DNA of 64,000 nt from an uncultured archaeon (GCA_964590575.1 CAZPWM010000002.1:20299-84298); one strand, 5' to 3'; shown: positions 19,425-30,045, counted from the stretch's first letter. Program-made: numbers and translations. Notes: a model not told the origin generated them from the sequence alone.

Positions 19425-20341
19425 TCTGCGTAATAGATTGATTTTGCATTCACTAGAATTTCCACACCATGCTGTCTAATTCCCTGAGGCGGACCAAAAA
19501 CAATTGATGTAAAACCCATCTTCTCTAAAGCTTTCATATAAACATGGAGTTGTTCACTAGTCCCGCAAAATGCAAATCTTTGCAAGAACTCGCTTCCCAA
19601 CGAATTTACAACATCCATTCTCATTTGCCCATGTTCCTTCATCAAGCCTCTAGCCGTCTGTAGACGATTCTGGAATCCAAAGGAATTACTGACTACACGA
19701 CTTAGACCAATAGCGACCATTGCAGCTGAGTATGAAATTGATTCATTTGATAAGAAATCTTGACAATCTCCAACATATGTAGGTGGAAAAAGGCCAAGTT
19801 GAAAACCTGCAGGAATTTCGTTCTTGATCTGGTTCAGAGCCCATTCTATCATCTCAAGATCTGAGTAGTTGAGTAGGACACCATCTGCCTTTAGTGCTGC
19901 CTTGATCATCACTGGTCCTTGAGCTCCAAGGAATACAGAACAACTATGTCCTGCTTCTGATATCCGCTGCTTTATCTCCATAAGTGCACTTGTAGTCTTT
20001 TCGACCATGATTTTAGATGAGTATGATATACCCACTCTAGCTAGAGCAAGTTTGTCCCCAGGACCTAATAAGAGGTCAAATCTTTCTCCATAGCTATCAG
20101 CCAGAGTCGACATGAACTGCACAATCTGTGTTGAGGAGTATAGAAGCGGACTCACAAGACCTACTCCAATTCTGCATGATTTGGTTCTCTCAGCAATCGC
20201 TGCTGCTACAGTTGGAGCGTATCTTAGGGCTGGAAAATCTGTAATCCATACTTGGTCGATTCCACCTCGGTCAGCATGCTCTGCCTTTTGCAAGGTTTCA
20301 GTAATTGTTTCTCTGACATTGAGAGCAACTCCCCATCTCAT
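19421..20341 (-). CDS. LLM-class (Mer-like, probably F420-dependent) oxidoreductase
   Basis: DQVWITD, RIGVGLVSP, GERFDLLLGPGD, FLGAQGPVM, ADGVLLN. Confidence 0.85.
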   Translation of the reverse strand: MRWGVALNVRETITETLQKAEHADRGGIDQVWITDFPALRYAPTVAAAIAERTKSCRIGVGLVSPLLYSSTQIVQFMSTLADSYGERFDLLLGPGDKLALARVGISYSSKIMVEKTTSALMEIKQRISEAGHSCSVFLGAQGPVMIKAALKADGVLLNYSDLEMIEWALNQIKNEIPAGFQLGLFPPTYVGDCQDFLSNESISYSAAMVAIGLSRVVSNSFGFQNRLQTARGLMKEHGQMRMDVVNSLGSEFLQRFAFCGTSEQLHVYMKALEKMGFTSIVFGPPQGIRQHGVEILVNAKSIYYAD

Positions 20342-21420
20342 CGCCCACCCCTCCTAGAGTCAACCTCTGCAAATATATCGATTAGAGCCTCCCTCCAATC
20401 TCCTGAGAAAGGTGGACCAAGTACAATTTCGGTAGCACCAATTCCAGCTATATCCTCAAATCGATTAACCATATGCTCCTTTGTACCACTTATCGAAAAG
20501 ACATCCAACAGCTCGTCATCAACGAATTTTCCTCCTTCTTTAGGACTAGACGCCGCAACAGTTTCGCGAATTTTATTCACTTTGTTTCTGTCTACCGTAA
20601 GCATATCCAGCACTGCATCTGGTGTATCTGCAATCACCAATGCAACAACTCTCCGAGCAACCTTTTCCTGGATGCCCTTGAAGGTCGGAATTGTCGGGAC
20701 CCAAACCACTTTCTCAATATCATCCTTATTTCTTCCGGCTTGGTTAGCAGCAGCATCAACCATCTTGATTGCATTTCTTAGATAGTCAAAAGGTCCGGAC
20801 AAAATCACTCCATCAGCTATCGTACCTACAAGTTTCAACATCTGAGGCCCTCTGACCCCTAAAAAGACTGGAATATTGACTGGACTTGATTGACCCAAAC
20901 CAAAGCCACGCAAAGAGAATAGTTCACTACTGGAATCTACTGTCTCTCCTGCCCATAACCGTCTGAGAATCTTCACTGATTCCCTAAGTTCTGATACAGG
21001 TTTTTTGATGTGGATTCCATGCTTCTCGAGGTCTTGGATGCCTCCAATTCCAAAACCAAATGCGAACCGTCCAGCACCAATCTCATCCAGAGTGACACCT
21101 ACACGAGCAAGAGTTGAAATATTGTGAACAGTTACAGGTATAATACCAGTTCCAACTCGTGTTTTCTTTGACTGGAGCAGGGTCGCTGCTGTGAGCACAA
21201 AGGTTTCTTGTCCAAGTGCGATATCTTCACCAATCCAGACACTCTTTGCACCAAGCGAGTCTGAGTTCTGTGCAATCCAATCCGTTGCATTTACACCCAT
21301 GTGCGTGGTGATACCAATACTGACTTCGTACGAGCCACTCATATCAATCAAATCATTCCATTCAAATATAACCCCTCTCAAATATCCAGCTTTTGTAAGG
21401 GGATATGTATTTCTGGGCAC
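20338..21420 (-). CDS. LLM-class (Mer-like) oxidoreductase paralog (true start likely near 21342)
   Basis: SVWIGED, GTGIIP, GRFAFGFGIG, GVRGPQML, ADGVIL. Confidence 0.85.
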   Translation of the reverse strand: MPRNTYPLTKAGYLRGVIFEWNDLIDMSGSYEVSIGITTHMGVNATDWIAQNSDSLGAKSVWIGEDIALGQETFVLTAATLLQSKKTRVGTGIIPVTVHNISTLARVGVTLDEIGAGRFAFGFGIGGIQDLEKHGIHIKKPVSELRESVKILRRLWAGETVDSSSELFSLRGFGLGQSSPVNIPVFLGVRGPQMLKLVGTIADGVILSGPFDYLRNAIKMVDAAANQAGRNKDDIEKVVWVPTIPTFKGIQEKVARRVVALVIADTPDAVLDMLTVDRNKVNKIRETVAASSPKEGGKFVDDELLDVFSISGTKEHMVNRFEDIAGIGATEIVLGPPFSGDWREALIDIFAEVDSRRGGR

Positions 21421-21434
21421 GTTCCTAAGTCAAA

Positions 21435-21995
21435 ATGATTACATTGGCACGAATAGTCTGGGGGATCACTGGTTCTGGTGACCTAATACATGAGATACTC
21501 ACAACAATGAAAAAGTTAGAGGATAATACAGACATTCGCCTTACCGTTATCGTTTCCAGAGCAGGTGAGCAGATGCTTAGACTTTACGGTCTTTGGGATG
21601 AACTGAATGGATCATTCTCAAAGGTCCTGAAAGAAACCAATGCAAATGTTCCGTTCATTGCCGGGCCTCTTCAGATAGGCAAGTATGATGCTTTCGTCGT
21701 AGCTCCCTTGACAGCAAATTCAACCGCTAAAATTGCACATGGTATAGCTGATACATTAATCACAAATGCCATCGCTCAGACTCTGAAGGGAAGTACACCA
21801 GTAATATTGTACCCTGTAGACCAAGTTGATGAAGAAGTACAAACAGTAGGTCCCAAAGGCGAGAAGTTCTCAATCAAACCTCGTGGGATTGATTTAGACA
21901 ATGTGAGGCGACTTCGAGAGATGGAACGAGTCATCGTTGTAGATTCGCCTCTTGTGATTCCTAATCTTATTGCAGACCTCCTCAAGAAAGTGTGA
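21435..21995 (+). CDS. afpA: Archaeal flavoprotein AfpA (HFCD superfamily)
   Basis: IVWGITGSGD, NANVPFIAGPLQIGKYD, APLTANSTAKIAHGIADTLITNA, YPVD. Confidence 0.85.
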   Translation: MITLARIVWGITGSGDLIHEILTTMKKLEDNTDIRLTVIVSRAGEQMLRLYGLWDELNGSFSKVLKETNANVPFIAGPLQIGKYDAFVVAPLTANSTAKIAHGIADTLITNAIAQTLKGSTPVILYPVDQVDEEVQTVGPKGEKFSIKPRGIDLDNVRRLREMERVIVVDSPLVIPNLIADLLKKV

Positions 21996-22004
21996 GGAAT
22001 CTAA

Positions 22005-22664
22005 ATGGGTGGTAATGCTCGTAGAGAAGCTCTTGTAAGAAAGAGAGTGATTAATTGGTATGACAAACATGGTCGTGATTATCCGTGGAGGAACACGACT
22101 GATCCTTTTCTCATTTTGATTGCAGAGATACTACTACGTCGAACAACAGCTTCTGCAGTATCACGAGTCTTCCCTGACTTCATACAAAGATTTGGCACAC
22201 CTATGTGTATAACACAGGCGCAAGAATCTACTATTACACAAGCTTTGTCTTCTTTGGGTTTACAATTACTCAGAGCAAAGCAACTCAAGGAAACCGCTTC
22301 TATTATAGTAGAAGAACACGACGGGGAAGTTCCTCGATCTAATGAGAGGCTTCAATCTCTCCCCGGCGTTGGTGTCTATATTGCTTCTGCTGTGAGAAAT
22401 TTTGCTTATGGTGAATCTGTTCCACTAATCGATGGGAATGTAGTTCATTTTATCTCACGAGTTTTTGGAATCCAATTTACTGGACCCAGTGATGCAAAAG
22501 CAGAGGAATTCGTAGCCCAGTTTGGAGGCGTACATGAAGCCAAACTGTATTGGGGGATTATTGACCTCGTCGCCACTGTCTGCCTAAGGCGGAATCCAAG
22601 GTGTGGAGTTTGTACTCTATCTAATGTTTGTAATTACAGAAAGGTCAGTCTAGATCTGGGATAG
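22005..22664 (+). CDS. HhH-GPD mismatch DNA glycosylase (Mig/TDG- or MutY-like)
   Basis: RDYPWR, EILLRRTTA, LPGVGVYIA, IDGNV, Cx6Cx2Cx5C. Confidence 0.88.
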   Translation: MGGNARREALVRKRVINWYDKHGRDYPWRNTTDPFLILIAEILLRRTTASAVSRVFPDFIQRFGTPMCITQAQESTITQALSSLGLQLLRAKQLKETASIIVEEHDGEVPRSNERLQSLPGVGVYIASAVRNFAYGESVPLIDGNVVHFISRVFGIQFTGPSDAKAEEFVAQFGGVHEAKLYWGIIDLVATVCLRRNPRCGVCTLSNVCNYRKVSLDLG

Positions 22665-23016
22665 GTATATCGATTGCTATCTTCTCGCCACATGGACAAG
22701 TTGCATTTATTGGGTATGTACTAGGTGTGTCAATACTGACTGAAGCTCCCTGTACTGCCGCTTTATCTATTAACGCTTGCATATTGTGGACCATATATCT
22801 GGCAAACCCCACTACGAGGTCTGGAATACACATATCATTAATCCAATACACGTAGCGGGAACAACTAGGACAATGACTAACGAGAATGTGTGTCCCATCA
22901 CCACACTTCGTACAAGTGAGGTCAGTATGGTGATATTCAGGGGCATTTGGCATGGGGAGATCTAGTTGATTTTCTTCACCACAGCGGTAGCAAAAATAGC
23001 TGAATTCTTTATTCAT
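22645..23016 (-). CDS. Cys-rich multi-zinc-ribbon hypothetical protein
   Basis: CYRC, CTKC, CPSC and CPC motifs. Confidence 0.7.
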   Translation of the reverse strand: MNKEFSYFCYRCGEENQLDLPMPNAPEYHHTDLTCTKCGDGTHILVSHCPSCSRYVYWINDMCIPDLVVGFARYMVHNMQALIDKAAVQGASVSIDTPSTYPINATCPCGEKIAIDIPIPDLD

Positions 23017-23141
23017 TGATTGTTAGCCTCTCTTATTGGGTTCCTAGGAGTCTGTTATTGGGAAGAAATAAATCAACGCTATTAGAAAATTGTCCTGTGG
23101 TTCTAATAAGGCATTATTCACACAATACTGAGGAAGTGAAT

Positions 23142-23345
23142 ATGATGTTAATGCAACAACAGAACACGAAATTGATGTCCTTGTTACTCGTGTTCCTCAC
23201 CGAGAATTACACAGCTGAACTACGACGCTGTAACGTCTGCGACACAACTACGCCACGATTCGAAAGAAGTTTTCTAATTAGCGGAGAGTGGGTATGTGTT
23301 GATTGTATTCTCTCACGAATAAATGGCATTCCGCGCCCCTGTTAG
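23142..23345 (+). CDS. Small zinc-finger protein
   Basis: CNVC...WVCVDC; ATG 23142 follows GAGGAAGTGA. Confidence 0.55.
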   Translation: MMLMQQQNTKLMSLLLVFLTENYTAELRRCNVCDTTTPRFERSFLISGEWVCVDCILSRINGIPRPC

Positions 23346-23378
23346 CATCTGCTAAACCGAACAGTGTAAAAGTAAGTA

Positions 23379-24176
23379 GTGGACCCTGAATCTAGTCAGG
23401 TGAATCCATTGAAGACACGAATTCAACCTCATCTTAGAGTTGGAGAAGGCGATGTAGAGAAACATGTCATTATTACGGGCAATCCCGATCGTGTACCTGT
23501 GATTGCCTCCAGGATGAAAGATTCAGAGGAAGTATCACGCTATCGTGGACTTGTCACTTATCGTGCTTATACACCAAAAGGTACGCCAGTAACTATCTCT
23601 GGTACTGGTATGGGTGCTGCATCAACTCATATTTGCATTGAAGAGTTGGCGAAACTTGACTGCGAAGTTATCATTCGTCTTGGTAGCTGTGGTGGCATTG
23701 ATCCCTCTGTTAAGACCGGTGATGTTGTGGTACCTACTGCTGCTGTACGCGATGAGCGTGCAAGCCTCAATTATGCACCAATAGAGTATCCCGCCGTAGC
23801 TTCTCCTGAGTGGTATCTTGCGCTCTATGAGAGCATTTCACAACTGCTACCCCCGGATCGTGTGCATTCAGGTATCAATTGGACCTCTGATATTTATTAT
23901 GTGAATCCAGCACTCAATCAACTTGATCTGTGGACCCGAGCTAAAGTGAAGTGCGTCGAGATGGAGGCGTCGCTTCTTTTCACATTTGCCCAGACTCGCG
24001 GGTTGAAAGCAGCTGCAATTCTCTCATGCGATGGCAATCTTCATGGAGCACAGAAAACCGAACAAGCTCATGAAGGAGAGGAAACAGGGGAACAAAACCC
24101 ATTGTTGGTGGAGGCTATAGCAAAGTCACTTGATGCCCTAGTTATGGCAATCGATAAGATGGAAGAATCAAAGTAG
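23379..24176 (+). CDS. udp: Uridine/purine nucleoside phosphorylase
   Basis: ITGNPDRV, TGMGAAS, IIRLGSCG, VEMEAS. Confidence 0.85.
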   Translation: MDPESSQVNPLKTRIQPHLRVGEGDVEKHVIITGNPDRVPVIASRMKDSEEVSRYRGLVTYRAYTPKGTPVTISGTGMGAASTHICIEELAKLDCEVIIRLGSCGGIDPSVKTGDVVVPTAAVRDERASLNYAPIEYPAVASPEWYLALYESISQLLPPDRVHSGINWTSDIYYVNPALNQLDLWTRAKVKCVEMEASLLFTFAQTRGLKAAAILSCDGNLHGAQKTEQAHEGEETGEQNPLLVEAIAKSLDALVMAIDKMEESK

Positions 24177-24205
24177 TCTCTTCTGAACAACTGGGCAGGT
24201 TTTTA

Positions 24206-25339
24206 GTGGAGTGCTGCACTGGAAGAAGTATCATGCAGGAATCAGGGGTTCGCAGCGGCGTAATCTGTGATTCAGGTCAACAAATCACGTTGCGCTACTT
24301 TGACAAGGTGAGCAACCCTAAATCGATTCATGGAATCTATCCTTATCGTGGAAAGATGTCAGCATTAGATGCAGCACATGTCATCTCACAATTATCCACA
24401 TCTGCCGTTCTCTTAGACCCATTCTGTGGGACAGGTACGATAGTCTATGAAGCACAAGCTCATGGCATGAGATCAATCGGTATCGATAACAATCCACTAG
24501 CTTGTGTAATTGCACGGGGAAAGACTGAACCCGTTGAACCGGAGTCCGTCATCAGAAATCTATCATCTGCGATTTCAGAAGCACAATCTCAAGAAGATGC
24601 TCCAAAAATGCCTGCAACTCCTGCGAAGTATTTTCATCCTGAAACAGCAAATCAAATCATGAGAATCATACAAGTTTCAACTACATTCTCTTCTTATCTT
24701 CTCTCAGCGCTTTATGGGTCGATTTGTGTGGCAGCTCGAGCCTGTAACGGTTGGTTGTGGACATCTACGTCAACAGGCCGTATCAATGACCCGCTGCGTA
24801 GGATTGACTTCTACTCGACATTTCAGCGAAAAACAAAGAAGCATATAGAATTCGTTGGCAAGGGTCACCCTGCATCGATTCTTACTCATGACACACGTCA
24901 GATTCATGAGATTATTGACGAAGAATCAGTAGATGTTGTGTACACAAGTCCTCCCTACTTTGACGCATTGGACTACACTAATTATTACTCCAAGATTGTC
25001 CTTGAGATACTTGGTATGGATAGAGCCTCTGTCCGTAAAGGTCTCATTCAGCGATACTCAACCTATAGAGAAGATATGAAAAAAGCATTAGAGGCGATTA
25101 GTAGAGTAGTCCATGATGAATCAATCATAATCTTTGTAGTTGGGGACCGTAAGGTTCGTGGAAAATTGATTCGGGGGTGTGATTTCTTCACTGAAATTGC
25201 TCCTTGGGACCATTCATACATTGTTGAGCGAGAGTATACAAGCACAGCAAGTGGTCTCTGGGATAAAATCAACAGAACTCAGAGAAAAGAGCAGATGATT
25301 GTCTGGGATCTTGGTAATGGAGGTAAGAAGCCAGAATGA
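24206..25339 (+). CDS. DNA methyltransferase, N4-C type, alpha motif order
   Basis: HGIYPYRGK, LDPFCGTGT (motif I) preceding TSPPY (motif IV). Confidence 0.85.
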   Translation: MECCTGRSIMQESGVRSGVICDSGQQITLRYFDKVSNPKSIHGIYPYRGKMSALDAAHVISQLSTSAVLLDPFCGTGTIVYEAQAHGMRSIGIDNNPLACVIARGKTEPVEPESVIRNLSSAISEAQSQEDAPKMPATPAKYFHPETANQIMRIIQVSTTFSSYLLSALYGSICVAARACNGWLWTSTSTGRINDPLRRIDFYSTFQRKTKKHIEFVGKGHPASILTHDTRQIHEIIDEESVDVVYTSPPYFDALDYTNYYSKIVLEILGMDRASVRKGLIQRYSTYREDMKKALEAISRVVHDESIIIFVVGDRKVRGKLIRGCDFFTEIAPWDHSYIVEREYTSTASGLWDKINRTQRKEQMIVWDLGNGGKKPE

Positions 25340-26166
25340 CTCATCACTTGGTTGTGATTGGTGATAGTACATGCATGGATGAGGTACAGGACGCGTCTGT
25401 CCACCTTGTCGTCACTTCCCCGCCCTATTGGAACCTGAAGAACTACGGTGAGGATAGAGGGATTGGACAGACTGCCACAACCTATGAGGACTATTTCAAG
25501 TCCATCTGCGATGTCTTTCGCGAGTGCGTTAAGAAGCTTGTTCCAGATGGTAAGCTCATCATCAATATCATGCCCATTCTTCTAACCGGAAAGAACACTA
25601 AATTTCATCGTAGGGTTACAAAAACAGTCTTGCCAGATCTTGAGGAATATATGACCTCGCTTGGCAATATGTACTTCCAATCATTGTATATCTGGGATAA
25701 ACGAAAGGCAGTCAGATTCAGTTCTTGGGGCTCTTATCCATATCCACCAAATCTTCTCTCAACCTATCCCTATGAATGGATTATCGTCTTCTCAAAGAGT
25801 GGAAGGAGGCCTCCGATTGACAAAGAAATCAAAGAAGCATCGTCTATAACGCACAACGAATTTACAGACTGGGTTCAGAACTCAATTTGGGATTTCCAGA
25901 CAGCTTCAGCTAAACAAGAAAATCATCCTGCACCATTTCCTGAGGAACTTCCCCGAAGATGCATACGTTTGTATTCCTTTGTTGGTGACACTGTGCTGGA
26001 CCCATTTGCTGGTAGTGGCACAACACTCAAAGTCGCTCGAGAGCTAGGAAGAAATTCTATTGGATATGAAATCAATCCTGATTACGAGATTTTGATTCGT
26101 GAAAAGATTGGGTCTACAGCACAGGATACTGAGGACAGCTTCGAGTTCATATCGAATAAAGGCTAA
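25336..26166 (+). CDS. DNA methyltransferase, N4-C/N6-A type, beta motif order
   Basis: VTSPPYW, HPAPFPEELP, VLDPFAGSGTT; ATGA overlap with the upstream MTase. Confidence 0.92.
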   Translation: MTHHLVVIGDSTCMDEVQDASVHLVVTSPPYWNLKNYGEDRGIGQTATTYEDYFKSICDVFRECVKKLVPDGKLIINIMPILLTGKNTKFHRRVTKTVLPDLEEYMTSLGNMYFQSLYIWDKRKAVRFSSWGSYPYPPNLLSTYPYEWIIVFSKSGRRPPIDKEIKEASSITHNEFTDWVQNSIWDFQTASAKQENHPAPFPEELPRRCIRLYSFVGDTVLDPFAGSGTTLKVARELGRNSIGYEINPDYEILIREKIGSTAQDTEDSFEFISNKG

Positions 26167-26261
26167 ACCTAAATAGTTCACAAGTCAATGGGAGATTATC
26201 GAGCAGAAGAATTGGTATTCTGCATACAAACGCAATTTTCTAAGGGAGGTCCACAGAAGTT

Positions 26262-27482
26262 TTGACATATGATGTCATTGTAGTTGGAGCTGGTCCTGCA
26301 GGTTCAACTGCAGCATATGATTGTGCCAAGCAAGGCCTCAAGACATTGTTACTGGAAAAGTACAAACTTCCACGTGAGAAACCATGTGGTGGAGCAGTAA
26401 TGTATCGGGCCCTCCGGATAATTGGCGAAAAAATACCTCGAGAACTGGTTGAGCAACGGATTTACGGTCTCAGATTTCTTCTACCGGATGGCAGAGGAAC
26501 TGAATTTATTTCAGACAAGTTGATTGGAATCACCGTTTTTCGAGACCGCTTTGATGAGTTTCTTGCACGGCGTGCAAGTAATGTAGGGGCTGAGCTCATT
26601 GATGGTGCTCCAGCTGTAGATGCATCTGTATCATCACAAGCAGCTAACGTTCGTCTTGCTGACGGAAGAGAGTTCAGTGCAAAATATCTCATTGGAGCTG
26701 ATGGAGTGAACTCTGTTGTGAGTCGAAAACTTGGACTCCGTCCTAAGAGGAAGGACTTGACTAAGGTAGGTCTCGGAATGGAGGCTGATTTCCACGTTGG
26801 TGAGGCTGGAGTTTTAGAGGCAACTGGTGGAAATCCGTCAATCCTAGAAATGTGCCCAGTTGAGGGTCGAGTTAGTTATGGTTGGGTCTTCCCAAAAAGG
26901 GAACACCTTGCTATTGGGATTGCAGGAGCCGGTGTTCATATGCGTGCTCTGAGGACTCAATTTGACTCATTTTACAAACATGCGGAGAAACGGTTAGGTA
27001 TTAGTCTCAACTTGGAGAAGAGAAGAACATTCTTTCTTGGTGGAGATGGGCTCGGCAGTAAGAACGTAACTCGACGTGCAATCTTAATAGGCGATGCAGC
27101 AGGTTTTGTCGATCCCCTGATGGGCGAAGGGATTGCCTATGCAATGCAATCCGGCGTTTTTGCAGCTTCAGTCATCTGCAATGCGTATGATGAAGACCGC
27201 TATGATGAAGATACACTCTCTAAATATCAGGATCTCTGCCACGGGGCGTTTTCAGCTAATTTTGGTTTAGCAACTCAAATTGGAATTAGAGGACCTATGT
27301 TAGCAGAGATTATACTCCCTAAAGCGAATGGACACAAGCTAGCTTCGAACGTAATGACAATGGTGGCTCGTGGTGAGATTGGCTATGCCGACATACCCTA
27401 TGTTGTACTCAAGAAACTCCCAAGAGAACTACCCGCTATAATCAAACAAGTAGTGCTTTCTCATCTTACCACACTAAACTGA
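26262..27482 (+). CDS. Geranylgeranyl reductase family FAD oxidoreductase
   Basis: GAGPAG, KPCGG, YGWVFP, GDAAGFVDPLMGEGI. Confidence 0.9.
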   Translation: MTYDVIVVGAGPAGSTAAYDCAKQGLKTLLLEKYKLPREKPCGGAVMYRALRIIGEKIPRELVEQRIYGLRFLLPDGRGTEFISDKLIGITVFRDRFDEFLARRASNVGAELIDGAPAVDASVSSQAANVRLADGREFSAKYLIGADGVNSVVSRKLGLRPKRKDLTKVGLGMEADFHVGEAGVLEATGGNPSILEMCPVEGRVSYGWVFPKREHLAIGIAGAGVHMRALRTQFDSFYKHAEKRLGISLNLEKRRTFFLGGDGLGSKNVTRRAILIGDAAGFVDPLMGEGIAYAMQSGVFAASVICNAYDEDRYDEDTLSKYQDLCHGAFSANFGLATQIGIRGPMLAEIILPKANGHKLASNVMTMVARGEIGYADIPYVVLKKLPRELPAIIKQVVLSHLTTLN

Positions 27483-27520
27483 AAACCTTCATAGGCACGA
27501 AGTCATCGGTTAATTCACTA

Positions 27521-28510
27521 ATGAAAATCCCGTGGACTGGACTGATTGTAGTCTTGCTTATCACTTTGGCAACAAGTCCAATCAGAATGCAGCAGACATC
27601 TCATGTTCCTATTTTCAGTGGAGCCAATGCGTATGAGTATCTTGTAGATCAATGTGATTTCGGCCCTCGTCCACCAGGTACCGAGAATCTCAGTCTCTGC
27701 AGAACAATGATTGCGGAAACATTCGAATCTTTCGGATGGAATGTCACATTTCAAAATTTCACCTACAAAGAAGTTGAGTGTGCAAATGTCATAGCTAGTT
27801 GTAACTCGCAGAATAATTCACCAATCATTCTTGGAGCTCACTACGACACGCGCCCACCAGGAACATCCGACCCCGGATCGGGCCTAGGAGCTAATGATGG
27901 TGCAAGTGGAGTTGCAGTTCTGTTGGAACTAGCTAACATCCTTCCGGCGGAAATCCGTTCCAATATAGAAATAGTCCTTTTCGATGCCGAAGACTCAGGG
28001 GGGATCACAGGCTGGGATTGGATTCAAGGATCGACATACTACGTTTCTCATCTCAGTACAGAACGCAGAGATTCAATACACGCTATGATATTACTGGATA
28101 TGGTCGGTGATATTAATCTCGAGTTACCTCGCGAACGAAGTTCAACAACCTCACTTCAGAACTCTATCTGGAATATTGCTAAAGATCTAGGTTGCAATGA
28201 CACATTCATTGATTCCTACCGTGGTCCAATTATTGATGATCACAAACCCTTTCTAGACGCTGGTATCCCTGCAGTCGATTTGATTCAAGTGCCGTTTCCA
28301 TCATATTGGCACACGCTGGAGGACACGCCAGACAAGTGCAGTGCTCAAAGTCTTGAGATAGTCGGTAAAGTCATAGAGGTTTTCGTCGTAGAGGAATCTG
28401 ATAGAACCACAAATTTTCCACTTGATTCATCCCCAATCATTTTCATTGTAGCTATTGTGGTTGTGGCTCTTGTAATCCCAGTACTCATTGCCCAACAAAA
28501 AAGAAAGTAG
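27521..28510 (+). CDS. M28 peptidase / glutaminyl cyclase-like, membrane anchored
   Basis: GAHYDTR, GANDGASG, FDAED, LLDMVG, DDHKPF, YWHT. Confidence 0.9.
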   Translation: MKIPWTGLIVVLLITLATSPIRMQQTSHVPIFSGANAYEYLVDQCDFGPRPPGTENLSLCRTMIAETFESFGWNVTFQNFTYKEVECANVIASCNSQNNSPIILGAHYDTRPPGTSDPGSGLGANDGASGVAVLLELANILPAEIRSNIEIVLFDAEDSGGITGWDWIQGSTYYVSHLSTERRDSIHAMILLDMVGDINLELPRERSSTTSLQNSIWNIAKDLGCNDTFIDSYRGPIIDDHKPFLDAGIPAVDLIQVPFPSYWHTLEDTPDKCSAQSLEIVGKVIEVFVVEESDRTTNFPLDSSPIIFIVAIVVVALVIPVLIAQQKRK

Positions 28511-28577
28511 AATGTTACACACTTTTAAACCGAAATTCCTCGACGATTGATTGGTACTTATCCTGTGGTGAAGCAGT

Positions 28578-29474
28578 TTGGAGAAAATAGACCTGTACAA
28601 ACCAACTGATAGTTTTCCCTCTCCACTGACAAGTATCGCAATTACTCCAAAAGGCCATCTGTTAGCATGTGGGACAATGGATTCCCAGATTCTATTGATT
28701 GATTCCAAGTCTGGAAAAACAAAACGTGGGATTCTGGGTCATAATGGTGCAGTGTCCGATGTGTCCTTCGTTGGAACTGCGAACTCAATCCTCTCATGTA
28801 GTTGGGATAAGACAACCCGATTATGGAATCGGAAGAACATTGACGAGTCACTTGTTCTCGAAGCCCCTTCAGAGGTGAAGGCTCTTACCATCTCACTAAT
28901 GCATGGAAAGGGTGCTTCTGGTTCCCGCGATGGTATGGTGAAGATATTCTCATTGCGCCATCTCAAAACAATACGAAACCTTCAAGCTCATCGTTCAGAT
29001 ATCTCAGGTATTGCATTTATTGATGAAGAAAAAAAGATTGTAACTGCATCATATGATGGAACTTGCAGACTGTGGGATCTCTCGTCGTATGATGCGGAAA
29101 AGACCTTGGTCAAGCAGAAACAACGTATCCGGTCAATGGTTACATCACCAGATGGATTAATGGTTTTCTTAGGTTCTCAGAACGGCACAATATCTCAAGT
29201 TAGTATCGATGATACCAAGAAGAAATCAGAAATTACAGGACACACCGACCTTGTTAGTGCATTATCTATGGATCCCACAGGACAATACCTTGCATCTGCG
29301 AGTTGGGACCGTACAATTAGAATCTGGTCCTTAAAGGACAGAATACAAGTGGCCAAGGGCCAACTTATGTCAGGAATATCATCGACTACCTGGTCCCCAG
29401 ACGGGACTATTGTTTATACTGCTGATCTCTCGGGATCAATAGTGTCATGGATGCCTTCACTGCGAACTAGTTGA
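28578..29474 (+). CDS. WD40-repeat beta-propeller protein
   Basis: About 7 GH...SxSWDxTxRLW repeats. Confidence 0.92.
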   Translation: MEKIDLYKPTDSFPSPLTSIAITPKGHLLACGTMDSQILLIDSKSGKTKRGILGHNGAVSDVSFVGTANSILSCSWDKTTRLWNRKNIDESLVLEAPSEVKALTISLMHGKGASGSRDGMVKIFSLRHLKTIRNLQAHRSDISGIAFIDEEKKIVTASYDGTCRLWDLSSYDAEKTLVKQKQRIRSMVTSPDGLMVFLGSQNGTISQVSIDDTKKKSEITGHTDLVSALSMDPTGQYLASASWDRTIRIWSLKDRIQVAKGQLMSGISSTTWSPDGTIVYTADLSGSIVSWMPSLRTS

Positions 29475-30045
29475 GCATTGACTCTTGTTTTAAGGCTCGA
29501 ATGTCAATATCTGCAAACCCCTCTTTGTTCCAAGTTATTCTGATACGACCATATTTCTTGTTGATTTCTCCTTCTTTTGAACCTCTAAGAATCTCTACTA
29601 ATTTTTCGGAAAGTCGATTTCTGCTACGTTTGTCAAATGGAATTGGAAGCAAGCTATTATCAGCGAGAGTGAGTGTGACCGTTTTTTCATCCAGCCTTGC
29701 AATGGGTTGTGAAAGAATGAGTCGACCCGGTTTGAAAAATGGCGTCTTATCCCTCATACTCCGAATGGTTTCTGCTAACTGACGGTGTTTGGTAATCTCT
29801 ACACTCGCAGTCTTCACCACATCTTCTAGATATTTACGTCTCTTGTCATACTTGGCCACAAAGTCTTCTTGAAGAACCTCCATTGTTTTTGTTCGGGATG
29901 AGAGACGTTGTTTGAGTATCTGTTTTATTGTCCAATTGGTTGCTGCTCCATATCTCTGAAGCTCTTCTTCAAGAATATCCTGCTTCTCTCTCGTCAGAGT
30001 GACGCTTAGTAATTTCAATATTTCAATATCCTTCATGGACAACAC
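29467..30045 (-). CDS. TnpB/Cas12f-like N-terminal (WED/REC) protein lacking RuvC
   Basis: LTREKQDILEEELQRYGAATNW, KTPFF, LPIPF and RIRITWNKEGFADIDI are collinear with the N-terminal half of the TnpB at 38495-40231; ends before the RuvC-I strand. Confidence 0.55.
   Translation of the reverse strand: MLSMKDIEILKLLSVTLTREKQDILEEELQRYGAATNWTIKQILKQRLSSRTKTMEVLQEDFVAKYDKRRKYLEDVVKTASVEITKHRQLAETIRSMRDKTPFFKPGRLILSQPIARLDEKTVTLTLADNSLLPIPFDKRSRNRLSEKLVEILRGSKEGEINKKYGRIRITWNKEGFADIDIRALKQESMLN

Noticed and set aside
16057-21995. RiPP cluster (peptides plus HFCD flavoprotein and F420-LLM reductases)
   Set aside because: The peptides lack a C-terminal Cys, no dehydratase/cyclase/radical-SAM gene is present, and the flavoprotein has AfpA rather than LanD features
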